Shown here in pieces: positions 1 through 9,400 of a DNA stretch of 53,495 bases. Position 1 is the stretch's first letter. Every line of letters begins with the position of its first letter. The DNA comes from an uncultured Spirochaetota bacterium (GTDB lineage Bacteria; Spirochaetota; B62-G9; DRHN01): NCBI GenBank assembly GCA_964347455.1, contig CAYFYU010000012.1, positions 6,730 through 60,224 of the forward strand, in the 5' to 3' direction. The position numbers and the translations under genes are program-made. Under the pieces are notes generated by a model. It worked only from the letters and a program-made list of their open reading frames with translations. It was not told the origin of the DNA and made no database searches.

Positions 1-1
1 C

Positions 2-730
2 AGAGGACGTGTGGGCAGAAGCAAGAGAAAAGCCTACGCTTATTTATTCCATCCATCGGGAAGGGTTATTACTGAGCAGGCTCAAAAGAGACTTTCGGTA
101 ATCAATGATCATACCGAGCTCGGTTCAGGATTCTCCATTGCTCTTAAGGATCTCGAAATTCGAGGGGCCGGAAACATCCTCGGTAGACAGCAGCATGGAG
201 ACATGCTTGCCGTTGGATTCGAGATGTATATCAAACTGCTCGATGAAGCAATAAGAGAATTGAGGGGTACAATCGAAGAGGAGGATATTGAACCTGTTCT
301 AGATATGCGTTATAAGGGGTATATACCAAACAGTTATATTGAGAGTGAAAGTTTGCGAGTTGAAATGTATAAGCGTATTTCCAGTTTAGAAAGAGAGAGC
401 GAGCTGGACGAGCTTCAGGAAGAGATGCGAGACCGGTTTGGCGCAATCCCGGAAGAATTAGAGGAGCTGTTTATCATTGTCTGCCTAAGGATTCTTTGTA
501 AAAGGGTCGGTATTAAAATGTTGAGGGATCGCGAAAATGAGCTGCTGCTGACCTTTGCCCAGAGTAAGATCGATGTCATGTGGCTCATGCGTAAGATCAG
601 TGAGAATAGAAAGTTATTCCATATATCGCCGAAAGATCGCAATACGCTCCATATTTATCGTGGTTTTCAAGACAACGAGGATAAATATGAGTTTCTAAAG
701 GAGTTCTTTGAAAATGATGGGTCCGAATAA
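2..730 (+). CDS. mfd: Transcription-repair coupling factor Mfd, C-terminal fragment (5' end lies outside the window)
   Basis: The frame is open from the window edge. Translation begins RGRVGRSKRKAYAYLF (helicase motif VI), then LEIRGAGNILGRQQHG and a TRCF-type C-terminal domain. Stop at 728-730. Confidence 0.85.
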   Translation, partial: RGRVGRSKRKAYAYLFHPSGRVITEQAQKRLSVINDHTELGSGFSIALKDLEIRGAGNILGRQQHGDMLAVGFEMYIKLLDEAIRELRGTIEEEDIEPVLDMRYKGYIPNSYIESESLRVEMYKRISSLERESELDELQEEMRDRFGAIPEELEELFIIVCLRILCKRVGIKMLRDRENELLLTFAQSKIDVMWLMRKISENRKLFHISPKDRNTLHIYRGFQDNEDKYEFLKEFFENDGSE

Positions 731-740
731 AGGGGAAATC

Positions 741-1886
741 ATGGACAGGATAAGGATTCTACGGAGAAATTTAATAAAAATGGAAATAGATTGTCCACTA
801 CTCATGCAGAATGTTGATCGGTACTACTATACGGGCACATTTCAGGATGGTGCCCTGCTTGTACACACCGAACACGAACCGGTATTGTTTATCAGACGGA
901 CGCTTTCCAGAGCTATCGAAGAATCTCCCATTGATTCCATAATCGGATTCAGGAAATTAAGCTCGGTGGGTGAATTTCTACGAGAAAATCAATTGAACTC
1001 TAGTAAAATCGGAATTGACATGGATGTTATCCCGGCGAAGCTCTACCTTTTCCTCAAAAGTGTTTTCCCTGAGTCTGAACTGGTTGATCTATCTGAAAGT
1101 GTGCGACGGCAGAGAGCGGTGAAATCTTCATTTGAGATATCAATGCTCAGGGAAGGGGGAAGAAGGTTTGATCAGGTTTTTGATAAAGTCAAGGATGCAA
1201 TTAAACCGGGAATGAGTGAGTATCAGATCTATAAATATTTTACCCAGATATTGCTGGAAATGGAGTCAGCGCTCTACGTTAGAACAAGAATGTTCAATAT
1301 GGAGGCGGTGCAGAATTTTATCCTCAGCGGAGAAAGTGCCTCAAAGCTGTCAATGATTGATTCTCCTACGGCAGCCGGAATCGGTATTACAAGAGCTTTC
1401 CCCTATGGAGCTGGGATGAAGATCATTGAAAAAGGTGTGCCGATTATCATCGATTCAGTATTTATATATGAAGGGTACATTGTTGACTGCACTAGGGTAT
1501 TCACCTTGGGGAAGCTCGACCGAGCTTTTAACCAGGCACACGACGTGTCGAGGGCTTGCCATGATATTTTCCGTAAGAGTGCGAAACCGGGTGTATTCAT
1601 TCCAGATCTCTATAAGAATATTTTAGAACTTGTTGATGAAAAGGGACTGGGTGAGGTATTCATGGGTGGAGTAAAATTTATTGGACATGGTGTTGGATTG
1701 GAGCTGGATGAATTGCCGGTCATTACCGAGCAGTATGAAGATACTCTTGAAGAAGGGATGGTAATTGCCTTTGAACCAAAGTTTGTCTTTACAGACGGAA
1801 CTGTTGGCTATGAAAACACCTACTGTATTGAAAATGGTGAGATGGTTTCGCTGAATCAAACAGAGGAATCAATTCAGACTCTATAG
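741..1886 (+). CDS. M24-family Xaa-Pro aminopeptidase / prolidase-like peptidase
   Basis: Track ORF is 708..1886. ATG 741 is preferred as start because AGGGGA lies at 731-736. The C-terminal pita-bread motifs HGVGLELDE, FEPKF and ENTYCI are typical of M24B peptidases. Confidence 0.75.
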   Translation: MDRIRILRRNLIKMEIDCPLLMQNVDRYYYTGTFQDGALLVHTEHEPVLFIRRTLSRAIEESPIDSIIGFRKLSSVGEFLRENQLNSSKIGIDMDVIPAKLYLFLKSVFPESELVDLSESVRRQRAVKSSFEISMLREGGRRFDQVFDKVKDAIKPGMSEYQIYKYFTQILLEMESALYVRTRMFNMEAVQNFILSGESASKLSMIDSPTAAGIGITRAFPYGAGMKIIEKGVPIIIDSVFIYEGYIVDCTRVFTLGKLDRAFNQAHDVSRACHDIFRKSAKPGVFIPDLYKNILELVDEKGLGEVFMGGVKFIGHGVGLELDELPVITEQYEDTLEEGMVIAFEPKFVFTDGTVGYENTYCIENGEMVSLNQTEESIQTL

Positions 1887-1950
1887 ATTTATATTGTCCG
1901 CAATTGAAATATTAAGTAGATTTACAACATTCAGTATATGAGGGTGGGAA

Positions 1951-2553
1951 ATGAGAAAATATATAATTATATCGATCCTTTTTTTTGTGGGGGGCGTAAT
2001 GCTATACTTCCTGCCTCAGAACTATGGCACACGTATTCTGGCTCAAACACAGAAAAAATCTGATGTGTGGGTCGCACATATTGATGAGAAAATAATTTCC
2101 CTCGATGAATTTGAAAGAGAGTTCGCTGTTCATGTATTTTCACTCCCCATTGTTGATGAAGAAAAAGATCGCTATGAGGGTGAAGAGGCGAATAAGAAAC
2201 GCTTTCTCACTAATCTCATAAATGAGTACCTTATCTACAATGAAGCTGTCGATAGTGGATATCTTAAGAGAGATGACATAAAGGACCTCATAAATGCAGT
2301 GGCACGAAGGGCGGTTATACAGGTTTATTTAAGTGAAAAGATTGAACCTCTTCTTGAAGATGTTCCCGACGAGCAGATAGAGGCAATTTACAACCAGAAT
2401 AAAAAATTATTTGCCGGCATGGATATTGATGTTGCTCGTCAGCAGATCAAGCTACAGCTTCTTCAAAAACAGTACAACGACAAGCTAAACGAATTGATTG
2501 ATACCCTCATGGGCGAGGCGAAGGTTGTCCGAAATCAGGAAGTTGGACTTTAA
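1951..2553 (+). CDS. Membrane-anchored periplasmic protein, SurA/PrsA N-terminal chaperone-like (no PPIase domain seen)
   Basis: 200-aa ORF with an N-terminal hydrophobic anchor (IIISILFFVGGVMLYF). The rest is a charged helical region. The assignment is by general resemblance only. Confidence 0.4.
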   Translation: MRKYIIISILFFVGGVMLYFLPQNYGTRILAQTQKKSDVWVAHIDEKIISLDEFEREFAVHVFSLPIVDEEKDRYEGEEANKKRFLTNLINEYLIYNEAVDSGYLKRDDIKDLINAVARRAVIQVYLSEKIEPLLEDVPDEQIEAIYNQNKKLFAGMDIDVARQQIKLQLLQKQYNDKLNELIDTLMGEAKVVRNQEVGL

Positions 2554-2568
2554 GGATGATTCGTTCTC

Positions 2569-4314
2569 GTGAATCCCAATTACCATATGGCCAATGATCA
2601 GAGCATAGATATACAGCAAATACTCTCAAACCAGCTTTCCACACTCCTCAAATTACCCGAAGAAAATATCAAAACTCTATTGGAAGTACCACCTAATAAC
2701 GATTTTGGTGATTTTGCACTTCCCTGTTTTATACTTGCTAAGGATAAGAAGAGACCTCCTTCAGAAATTGCGCATGAAATGGCCAATCGATTAGGGGAGA
2801 AAGAACGGTTCGGATCTGTGATTGATAGGGTGGTTGCAAGCGGACCCTATCTAAACATTTTTATCGATAGGGCTTTCATCGTAAGTGAGATACTTTCATA
2901 TCTCAGCAGCACAGAATTCAAAAGCCTTCACAAATATGGGAATGGGAAGACTGTTACCATCGATTATTCGTCTCCCAATATTGCAAAACCCTTCGGGATT
3001 GGCCACCTGAGGTCCACCGTTATTGGTAATTCATTAAAAAAGATATACGAATTTCTCGGTTTTTCTGTCATTGGGGTAAATCATTTGGGCGACTGGGGAA
3101 CGCAGTTCGGAAAGCTCATAACGGCCTTCAAGAAATGGGGGAACAGTGGGGAGCTGTCGAAAGGAGACCCGATTAAATATCTCTATAAATTGTACGTGCA
3201 GTTTCACAGAGAGGCTGAGAAAGATGAACGCCTTCAGGATGAGGCAAGACTGTGGTTCAGCAAACTGGAGAGTAATGATGATGAAGCCATGACATTGTGG
3301 GAAGAGTTCAAGTCCTTTAGCATTTTGGAGTTTAAAAGAATATATAAGAGACTTGGTGTTGAGTTTGAATATTACACGGGAGAGAGTTTTTACAGCGGTA
3401 TGCTCGATAAAACCATCGAAGAGGTAAAGAATCATGGTATTGCACAGGTCAGTGATGGGGCACTCGTGGTCCCTCTCGATGACGATAAACTCCCCCCAGC
3501 TATGCTCAGAAAAAGTGATGATTCCACGCTCTATATAACGAGGGACATTGCGGCCGCTATTTATCGTTACAGGACGTTCCATTTCGATCTTGCGCTCTAC
3601 GTCGTTGGAACTCCCCAATCGCTTCACTTCAAGCAGCTGTTCTCTGTGCTCGAGAAAATGGGCAAACCATGGTATAAAAACTGTCATCATATACCGTTCG
3701 GACAGATACGTTTCAAGGATTCCTCCATGCGCACAAGAAATGGGAATATAATTTTTCTCGAGGACGTCCTGGATAAAGCTGTGTCCCTGGCATTAAAAAC
3801 CATCAAGAAGAAGAATCCCGCTCTCAAGGACAAGGAGAGAATTGCTCAATCTGTTGGCATTGGATCAATTATTTTTAATGATTTAAAGAATTACAGGATC
3901 AGAGATATTACATTTGATTGGGAGGAAATGATAAATTTTGACGGTGAAACGGGAGTATACCTTCAATATACCCATGCGCGGATCTGCAGTCTGTTAAAAA
4001 AGTATACTGAGCGATATGGAAAGGTGCACGTTAAATCGGATCTTGTCTACGGAGAGGAACTCTATTCGATATGCCTGACCCTCAATGAATTTGAAAAAAC
4101 GGTGATAAAGGCTGCTGAGGAATTCGAGCCATCGATTATCGCGCGTTTCCTACTTGAGATCGCTTCACAATTCAATAATTTTTATAATCAATACAGAGTC
4201 ATTACAGAAGATGCAAAGCTATCACTTTCGAGAGCTGTTGTTGTAGCCTGTGTGCAGAAAGTTATGAAGCTTGGGCTTGAGTTAATCGGAATTGAAGCGG
4301 TTGAAGAAATGTAA
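2569..4314 (+). CDS. argS: Arginine--tRNA ligase
   Basis: 581-aa ORF with the class I signature region SSPNIAKPFGIGHLRSTVIGN and an ArgRS-type anticodon-binding C-terminus. The start could be GTG 2569 or ATG 2587. Confidence 0.9.
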   Translation: MNPNYHMANDQSIDIQQILSNQLSTLLKLPEENIKTLLEVPPNNDFGDFALPCFILAKDKKRPPSEIAHEMANRLGEKERFGSVIDRVVASGPYLNIFIDRAFIVSEILSYLSSTEFKSLHKYGNGKTVTIDYSSPNIAKPFGIGHLRSTVIGNSLKKIYEFLGFSVIGVNHLGDWGTQFGKLITAFKKWGNSGELSKGDPIKYLYKLYVQFHREAEKDERLQDEARLWFSKLESNDDEAMTLWEEFKSFSILEFKRIYKRLGVEFEYYTGESFYSGMLDKTIEEVKNHGIAQVSDGALVVPLDDDKLPPAMLRKSDDSTLYITRDIAAAIYRYRTFHFDLALYVVGTPQSLHFKQLFSVLEKMGKPWYKNCHHIPFGQIRFKDSSMRTRNGNIIFLEDVLDKAVSLALKTIKKKNPALKDKERIAQSVGIGSIIFNDLKNYRIRDITFDWEEMINFDGETGVYLQYTHARICSLLKKYTERYGKVHVKSDLVYGEELYSICLTLNEFEKTVIKAAEEFEPSIIARFLLEIASQFNNFYNQYRVITEDAKLSLSRAVVVACVQKVMKLGLELIGIEAVEEM

Positions 4315-4437
4315 TTATATTAAAGGAAACTCTCAATTGCACGAATACGGGTAGAGGCAAATCGGCGGTGAGAATGATAAATAATTCGGTTATGAAGTCT
4401 CGAAGAATGAGGGTTTGGGATTTAATGAGAGTAATTT

Positions 4438-4659
4438 TCAGTAACCAGAGGTCCATTTAGTCGCTGCATCTTCTGTTTCCTGTTCCAGGCTAATCTCCTC
4501 TTCATTAAGATGTATGAGATATCTCCAAACGATGTTTCGCAGAAGCCCACATTCCTCGTTCTGTTTTTTCCACTGCTTACATCGATATTGTAGGCAGTGA
4601 ATGAGCCCCTTATGTATTGGACAGTATACAAAGTCCTCTTCACCCGCATCTATTTGCAA
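4438..4659 (-). CDS. Small hypothetical Cys-containing protein (73 codons)
   Basis: TTG start at 4659, preceded on the minus strand by AAGGGAGGGG (plus-strand 4662-4671). It has four Cys (YCPIHKGLIHCLQYRC...EEC). No family recognised. The competing 75-aa ORF in another frame has no SD. Confidence 0.4.
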   Translation of the reverse strand: MQIDAGEEDFVYCPIHKGLIHCLQYRCKQWKKQNEECGLLRNIVWRYLIHLNEEEISLEQETEDAATKWTSGY

Positions 4660-4768
4660 GTTCCCCTCCCTTTTATATAATTAATATAACATAATTATAC
4701 GATATATATAATATAAATGCAATAAAAATTTTACACAATATAAATTGATTATTTTGTTTATATCTTTT

Positions 4769-4778
4769 ACAATATTGT
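4769..4778. promoter_or_regulatory. Perfect 10-bp palindrome ACAATATTGT in the divergent promoter region; candidate operator for the adjacent RHH protein
   Basis: The palindrome is read directly. A related half-site, TTTTACACAATAT, occurs about 40 nt upstream. It lies 25 nt upstream of the 4803 start codon. Confidence 0.25.
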
Positions 4779-4802
4779 TATGAGATGAATCGAGGATAAG
4801 TA

Positions 4803-5117
4803 ATGGCCAGAGACGTGAAGACGATAATATTTAAAATCAATCAGGAGCTGCTAGACAAAATAGATGATTTTCGCTTTAAAAATCGCTTCGAAAACCGTTC
4901 AGATGCTATTAAGTGGCTCATTGAATGGTCATTAAAGTTAAAGCCGAAGATTGAAAGAGGTCCTCATGGCGAGATGATCTGGTCGTGGTTTTCCGAAAAA
5001 TTTTCTGTGAAGGAATTAAAAAAACTTGTATCCAATTATAAACAGGAAGCATTCCTGCTTGAAAGCTTTCTCAAACGTTTAGAATCATCTGAAAAGAGCT
5101 CCGGAGAGACGTCGTAA
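4803..5117 (+). CDS. Ribbon-helix-helix (CopG/Arc/MetJ-like) domain protein, hypothetical
   Basis: 104-aa ORF. GAGGA at 4792-4796 lies 6 nt before the ATG. The N-terminus KTIIFKINQELLDKIDDFRFKNRFENRSDAIKWLIEW fits a strand-helix-helix pattern. Confidence 0.5.
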   Translation: MARDVKTIIFKINQELLDKIDDFRFKNRFENRSDAIKWLIEWSLKLKPKIERGPHGEMIWSWFSEKFSVKELKKLVSNYKQEAFLLESFLKRLESSEKSSGETS

Positions 5118-5192
5118 TCCCCCCAGAATATACTGCATAAGAGTTACACAATCCTGGTTTATACTTGAGAAATATATTTCGATTTTCAGTGC

Positions 5193-5220
5193 TAAAGTTT
5201 TAATGGAAATGCTCCGATAG
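5193..5220 (+). promoter_or_regulatory. Sigma28 (FliA)-type promoter candidate for flaB copy 1
   Basis: TAAAGTTT (5193-5200, 8/8 to the -35 consensus), then 12 nt, then TCCGATAG (5213-5220, 6/8 to GCCGATAA). This implies a leader of roughly 280 nt. Confidence 0.5.
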
Positions 5221-5498
5221 TACAAATGAGGAAACCCCGACCTTTACCAGTTGATGTAAAAGGTCTCTATTTCTCTGAGTAAGGGGGATTTTCCACGTCT
5301 GCCCTGACACTCAAGTCTGGACAGACCCTCACACTAAAAACACGGATGTTTTTAGGAGTACAGACGCAAGGAGGTGATGCCCGCTTATCTTTCACACTAT
5401 ACTTATCGTTCTCTCGTAAAATTTATTTAGCCTATTTTTCAGACTTAGAAATCGGGTGACAGGCACGGATGCCAGAATGATTTTTCAAGGAGGAAAAG

Positions 5499-6359
5499 AT
5501 GATTATCAATCACAACATGAGTGCTATCTTTGCGAACCGAATCCTGAAGTTCAATAACTGGGAGATAAATAAAGATATTGAAAAATTATCTTCCGGTATG
5601 CGGATCAACCGTGCAGGAGATGATGCCTCTGGACTTGCTGTTTCTGAAAAGTTGAGATCCCAGATAATGGGTATGCGTCGTGCAGCGAGAAATGCTGAAG
5701 ATGGGATTTCCTTTATTCAAACGACCGAAGGGTATCTGCAGGAAATTCAGGATGTTCTGCAGAGGATCAGAGAGCTCGCGGTCCAGTCTGCTAACGGTAT
5801 ATACACAGATGAGGATCGAATGCAGATGCAGGTAGAAATTTCTCAGCTTGTCGATGAGGTCGATCGTGTTGCGTCGCACGCTCAGTTTAACGGAATGAAT
5901 ATGCTTACCGGAAGGTTCGCGCGTGCAACAGGGGAAAATACACCAACAGCTTCGATGTGGTTTCACATTGGGGCCAATATGGATCAGAGGGAGCAGGCAT
6001 ATATTGGCACAATGACGTCCAAAGGCCTCAGATTAAAACAGGTGTCTACAGGATCAACCATATCACTATCAACGCCTGCAAAGGCAAACAGGGTAATTGG
6101 TGTTGTCGACCAGGCTTTAATGGCTGTTTCAAAGCAGAGGGCGGATCTCGGGGCGTATCAGAGCAGGTTGGAATTCGCAACCAAGGGACTCATGTCTGGA
6201 TATGAGAATATGCAGGCTTCTGAATCCAGGATACGAGATACCGATATCGCAGAGCAAATGGTCAGCTTTACAAAAAACCAGATATTGGTGCAATCGGCAA
6301 CGGCAATGCTCGCCCAGGCCAATCTGATTCCACAGAGCGTGCTCCAATTGTTTCGTTGA
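5499..6359 (+). CDS. flaB: Flagellar filament core protein FlaB (flagellin), copy 1
   Basis: 286 aa. The N-terminus [14 protein letters not shown]...[21 protein letters not shown] and C-terminus [32 protein letters not shown] are the conserved flagellin D0/D1 regions, with the short spirochaete-type central part. SD CAAGGAGGA lies upstream. Confidence 0.95.
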   Translation: MIINHNMSAIFANRILKFNNWEINKDIEKLSSGMRINRAGDDASGLAVSEKLRSQIMGMRRAARNAEDGISFIQTTEGYLQEIQDVLQRIRELAVQSANGIYTDEDRMQMQVEISQLVDEVDRVASHAQFNGMNMLTGRFARATGENTPTASMWFHIGANMDQREQAYIGTMTSKGLRLKQVSTGSTISLSTPAKANRVIGVVDQALMAVSKQRADLGAYQSRLEFATKGLMSGYENMQASESRIRDTDIAEQMVSFTKNQILVQSATAMLAQANLIPQSVLQLFR

Positions 6360-6524
6360 TTTGAGTAGTTTTAATATTTCGATTGAGAACGTAGTTTCAA
6401 AGTTAACAGCGCGATAAAGAGAAGTAATGCGATCTTTGAAATAGAAGCAGACTACCCTGGAAGAATATAGTGCTAACATGTCTGTGATTATGGAATCTTA
6501 CCCTGTCCTTGGTTGTGGTTGTAC

Positions 6525-6571
6525 CAGTAACTGATCCTATGCCCCGTATGGGGTTGGCCCACAAGTTACTG
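6525..6571. repeat. Nested inverted repeat in the flaB1-flaB2 spacer
   Basis: CAGTAACT (6525-6532) pairs with AGTTACTG (6564-6571). They enclose CCCC-GTAT-GGGG (6542-6553). The element is flanked by the direct repeat TCTGTGATTA at 6481-6490 and 6582-6591. Confidence 0.5.
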
Positions 6572-7001
6572 AAATGTTCCATCTGTGATTAGGGTTTTCC
6601 CTCCATCCATTGTACTAAAAATTAATTAGCCCTTTTCAAGTATTCTTGGAACTTTCGTTCTAAAGGTAAGGTAAGTCCGATACGATATCTTTCTTTTTCT
6701 GCGGAGCTATGCCATTCCTCAGCAGAGATAAATCCCTCCAGGAGGTATCAATATCGGAGCCAATACCTTTTGGTATACGCCCATTAAAGGATGATACCCT
6801 ACGGGGCCTATTTTCAGTTGCTGGTATCAACCGTGAAAAGCCTCCATTTCCTGCTTAAGAAGGATATGCGGTGATGAGGATGAAACGAAAGCGCGCATCG
6901 GAGTAATCTGATCCTCACGGTAAGCCATGTAACTGCGAGGAGTAAACCTTGGAAAAATCCTCATGCAGGGAAGCATGAGAACTATCAAGGAGGGTAGGTG
7001 C

Positions 7002-7859
7002 ATGATCGTCAACCACAACATGAGCGCCATCTACGCACACAGGATTCTTAAATTTAAGAGTCTTGCCGTAGATAAGGACATCGCCAAGCTGTCATCGGGG
7101 GAACGGATCACGAGAGCAGGCGATGATGCATCGGGGCTGGCGGTTTCCGAAAAGATGAGATCTCAGATACGAGGATTGAGGCAGGCTGCACGAAACATCG
7201 AGATTGCTACCTCCTTTATCCAAACAACTGAGGGCTATCTTCAGGAAACGCATGATATCCTTCACCGAATTCGCGAGCTGGCTGTACAGGCAGCCAATGG
7301 CATCTATTCTGATTCGGATAGGATGCAGATTCAGGTTGAAGTCTCCCAGCTTGTTGACGAGGTGGACAGGATTGCATCACATGCCCAGTTTAACGGCTAC
7401 AACATGCTCACCGGTGCATTCGCCAATCCAGCGTACGGTGGAGTCCCAACGACCTCAATGTGGTTTCAAGTCGGGGCCAATATGGATCAGAGAGAGCGAG
7501 CCTTTATCGGTACCATGACTGCTGACGCACTCGGGCTGAAGATAGGTGGAAGAGCGCTGAGCATCGCAACGCCCGATGGTGCGAATTTAGCAATTGGTAT
7601 TGTTGACGAAGCCATGAAGGTCGTATCACGCCAGAGAGCCGATCTGGGTGCATACCAGAATAGGTTCGAGATGGCGATTGGGGGAGTTCTCGTTGGAGCT
7701 GAGAATATTCAGGCAGCAGAATCGATAATCCGAGACACTGATATGGCAGCGCAGATGGTGGAGTTCGTGAAAAATTCGATACTGGTGCAGTCGGCAACGG
7801 CAATGCTTGCCCAGGCAAATCTGAAGTCTCAGACAGTATTGCAGCTCTTGTCTATGTAG
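7002..7859 (+). CDS. flaB: Flagellar filament core protein FlaB (flagellin), copy 2
   Basis: Track ORF is 6963..7859. ATG 7002 gives [14 protein letters not shown], preceded by CAAGGAGGG (6986-6994). The termini are conserved as in copy 1. Confidence 0.95.
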   Translation: MIVNHNMSAIYAHRILKFKSLAVDKDIAKLSSGERITRAGDDASGLAVSEKMRSQIRGLRQAARNIEIATSFIQTTEGYLQETHDILHRIRELAVQAANGIYSDSDRMQIQVEVSQLVDEVDRIASHAQFNGYNMLTGAFANPAYGGVPTTSMWFQVGANMDQRERAFIGTMTADALGLKIGGRALSIATPDGANLAIGIVDEAMKVVSRQRADLGAYQNRFEMAIGGVLVGAENIQAAESIIRDTDMAAQMVEFVKNSILVQSATAMLAQANLKSQTVLQLLSM

Positions 7860-8001
7860 CCAGTATTGAAGGGGTGGTACAGTAAGCCTTTTCCAGTGGC
7901 ATCGTTCAGTCCGGGAGATCATACGAGGCCCTTGATTTTGTTATCTCTCGTTTTCACGGAATATGGTATGAGAAGGTATTGTGATCGGTAGATTTCATCT
8001 T

Positions 8002-8029
8002 CAAATGCCATGTTGCGTTTCGCTGATAA
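8002..8029 (+). promoter_or_regulatory. Weak sigma28-type promoter candidate for flaB copy 3
   Basis: GCTGATAA (8022-8029) matches the -10 consensus GCCGATAA at 7/8. The -35 is only CAAA (8002-8005), 16 nt upstream. Confidence 0.3.
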
Positions 8030-8072
8030 CGGATGATTCGGCCACTGATTCTCTATGGAGGGAGGAGATAGT

Positions 8073-8885
8073 ATGATCATTAACCATAATGTATCCGCTC
8101 TCTTCGCAAGTCGGGCTTTGGCGCAGACTGAGAGACAGATCTCGAAGTCAATTGAGAAACTTGCATCTGGCTTGCGAATCAACAGAGCTGGTGATGATGC
8201 TTCTGGATTGGCCGTATCGGAGACACTGAGATCCCAGATAAGGGGGTTGAGACAGGCACAACGGAATGCCTTTGACAGTATCTCCTTTATTCAAACAGCA
8301 GAGGGTTCTTTACAGGAGGTGCACTCTATTCTACACCGATTGCGTGAGCTGGCAATTCAATCAGCAAACGCAATTTATTCGGAGCAGGATAGAAGCCTCA
8401 TCCAGGTGGAGGTGTCGCAGCTTGTCCTGGAAATTGACCGTATAGCTGAGACAACGGAGTTCAATCGGTTCAAAATTCTGGATGGCTCACAGGAGAGCTT
8501 CCAGTTTCAGGTTGGACCAAACCCGAATCAGAACATTACCATGGTGATGATGACCATGACGTCGTCGGCTATTGGTATTTCAGGAATTTCGATGGAAACT
8601 GTGAGCTCCGCTAACGAAGCTCTCGGTAAAATCGATAAGGCTGTGGATACCGTTTCACGACAGCGAGCCAATTTCGGCGCTGTTCAAAACAGGCTTGAAC
8701 ATGTAGTTTCAAGCCTTGCTGTTGCTGAAGAGAACCTTCAAGCTGCAGAATCGAGGATCCGAGATACCAACATGGCATCAGAAATTGTGAATTTCATGCG
8801 TCTCAAAATCCTCCAGGATGCAGGTGCCGCTATGTTGATGCAGGCCAATCTCAGGCCAGAATCTGTTATGAGATTGCTGGATTAG
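8073..8885 (+). CDS. flaB: Flagellar filament core protein FlaB (flagellin), copy 3 (more divergent, shorter centre)
   Basis: Track ORF is 8055..8885. ATG 8073 gives MIINHNVSALFASR, preceded by GGAGGGAGGAG. The flagellin N- and C-terminal regions are conserved. Confidence 0.9.
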   Translation: MIINHNVSALFASRALAQTERQISKSIEKLASGLRINRAGDDASGLAVSETLRSQIRGLRQAQRNAFDSISFIQTAEGSLQEVHSILHRLRELAIQSANAIYSEQDRSLIQVEVSQLVLEIDRIAETTEFNRFKILDGSQESFQFQVGPNPNQNITMVMMTMTSSAIGISGISMETVSSANEALGKIDKAVDTVSRQRANFGAVQNRLEHVVSSLAVAEENLQAAESRIRDTNMASEIVNFMRLKILQDAGAAMLMQANLRPESVMRLLD

Positions 8886-8904
8886 GCAGAATACCGATCG
8901 CAAA

Positions 8905-8940
8905 CCTGCGGTCGAGTATTTCGGCCGCAGGTGTTTTTTA
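8905..8940 (+). terminator. Rho-independent terminator after flaB3
   Basis: CCTGCGG (8905-8911) pairs with CCGCAGG (8925-8931). A T-run follows at 8933-8939. Confidence 0.75.
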
Positions 8941-8988
8941 TCAATCTGTACTTTATAGAACAATTTCCCATTACAGGGAGGTATCAGT

Positions 8989-9342
8989 ATGGGATTAGAG
9001 ATAATCAGTAATAATCAAGATTTTAAACCGATATACTATACCGGTGTAAAACGTTCGATCGAAGAAGAAATGATGACGCCTCAACAGGTAGGGAAAAGAC
9101 CAGTCATGGATCCACGGTTTAAGTCATTTATTGATGAGGCGGTAGAGAAATTGAAAAGTGCCGGAGATATGTTCAACAAGAGATTGGATTTCCGGGTCGA
9201 TGAAGAAACAAATAGAATTGTAGTTAAAGTAATCGATACCAGAACCGATAAGGTTATTAAAGAAATACCTCCGGAGCAGTTACTTCACCTTGCCGCTAAA
9301 ATTCAGGAGATGATCGGACTTCTCGTTGATGAAGAGAGGTAA
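8989..9342 (+). CDS. flaG: Flagellar protein FlaG
   Basis: 117 aa. The C-terminal region RLDFRVDEETNRIVVKVIDTRTDKVIKEIPPEQLLHLAAKIQEMIGLLVDE matches the FlaG family pattern. Its position upstream of fliD also fits. Confidence 0.8.
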   Translation: MGLEIISNNQDFKPIYYTGVKRSIEEEMMTPQQVGKRPVMDPRFKSFIDEAVEKLKSAGDMFNKRLDFRVDEETNRIVVKVIDTRTDKVIKEIPPEQLLHLAAKIQEMIGLLVDEER

Positions 9343-9400
9343 TTAGGATTCGAGATACATTGTGCCCCGGGGGATTCGAGTCAAATCTCCGGGAAATCAT

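Noticed and set aside
3343-3352. TATAAGAGAC, a 10-nt match to the Nextera mosaic-end sequence
   Set aside because: It is too short to be meaningful. It lies in frame within conserved ArgRS coding sequence (KRIYKRLGVEF) with no disruption.
3034-3690. 218-aa ORF on the minus strand
   Set aside because: It lies entirely inside argS, whose plus-strand translation has unambiguous ArgRS motifs. It is a shadow ORF.
5228-5380. c-di-GMP (GEMM-I)-like fragments GGAAACC and GACGCAAGG in the flaB1 leader
   Set aside because: The two fragments are about 130 nt apart, against about 25 nt in the riboswitch. The flanking helices do not match the consensus as I remember it.
6661-6683. Sigma28-like promoter TAAAGGTA...CCGATAC upstream of flaB2
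   Set aside because: TAAA and CCGATA are separated by only 12 nt, against about 16 in functional FliA promoters. I keep it only as a weak possibility.
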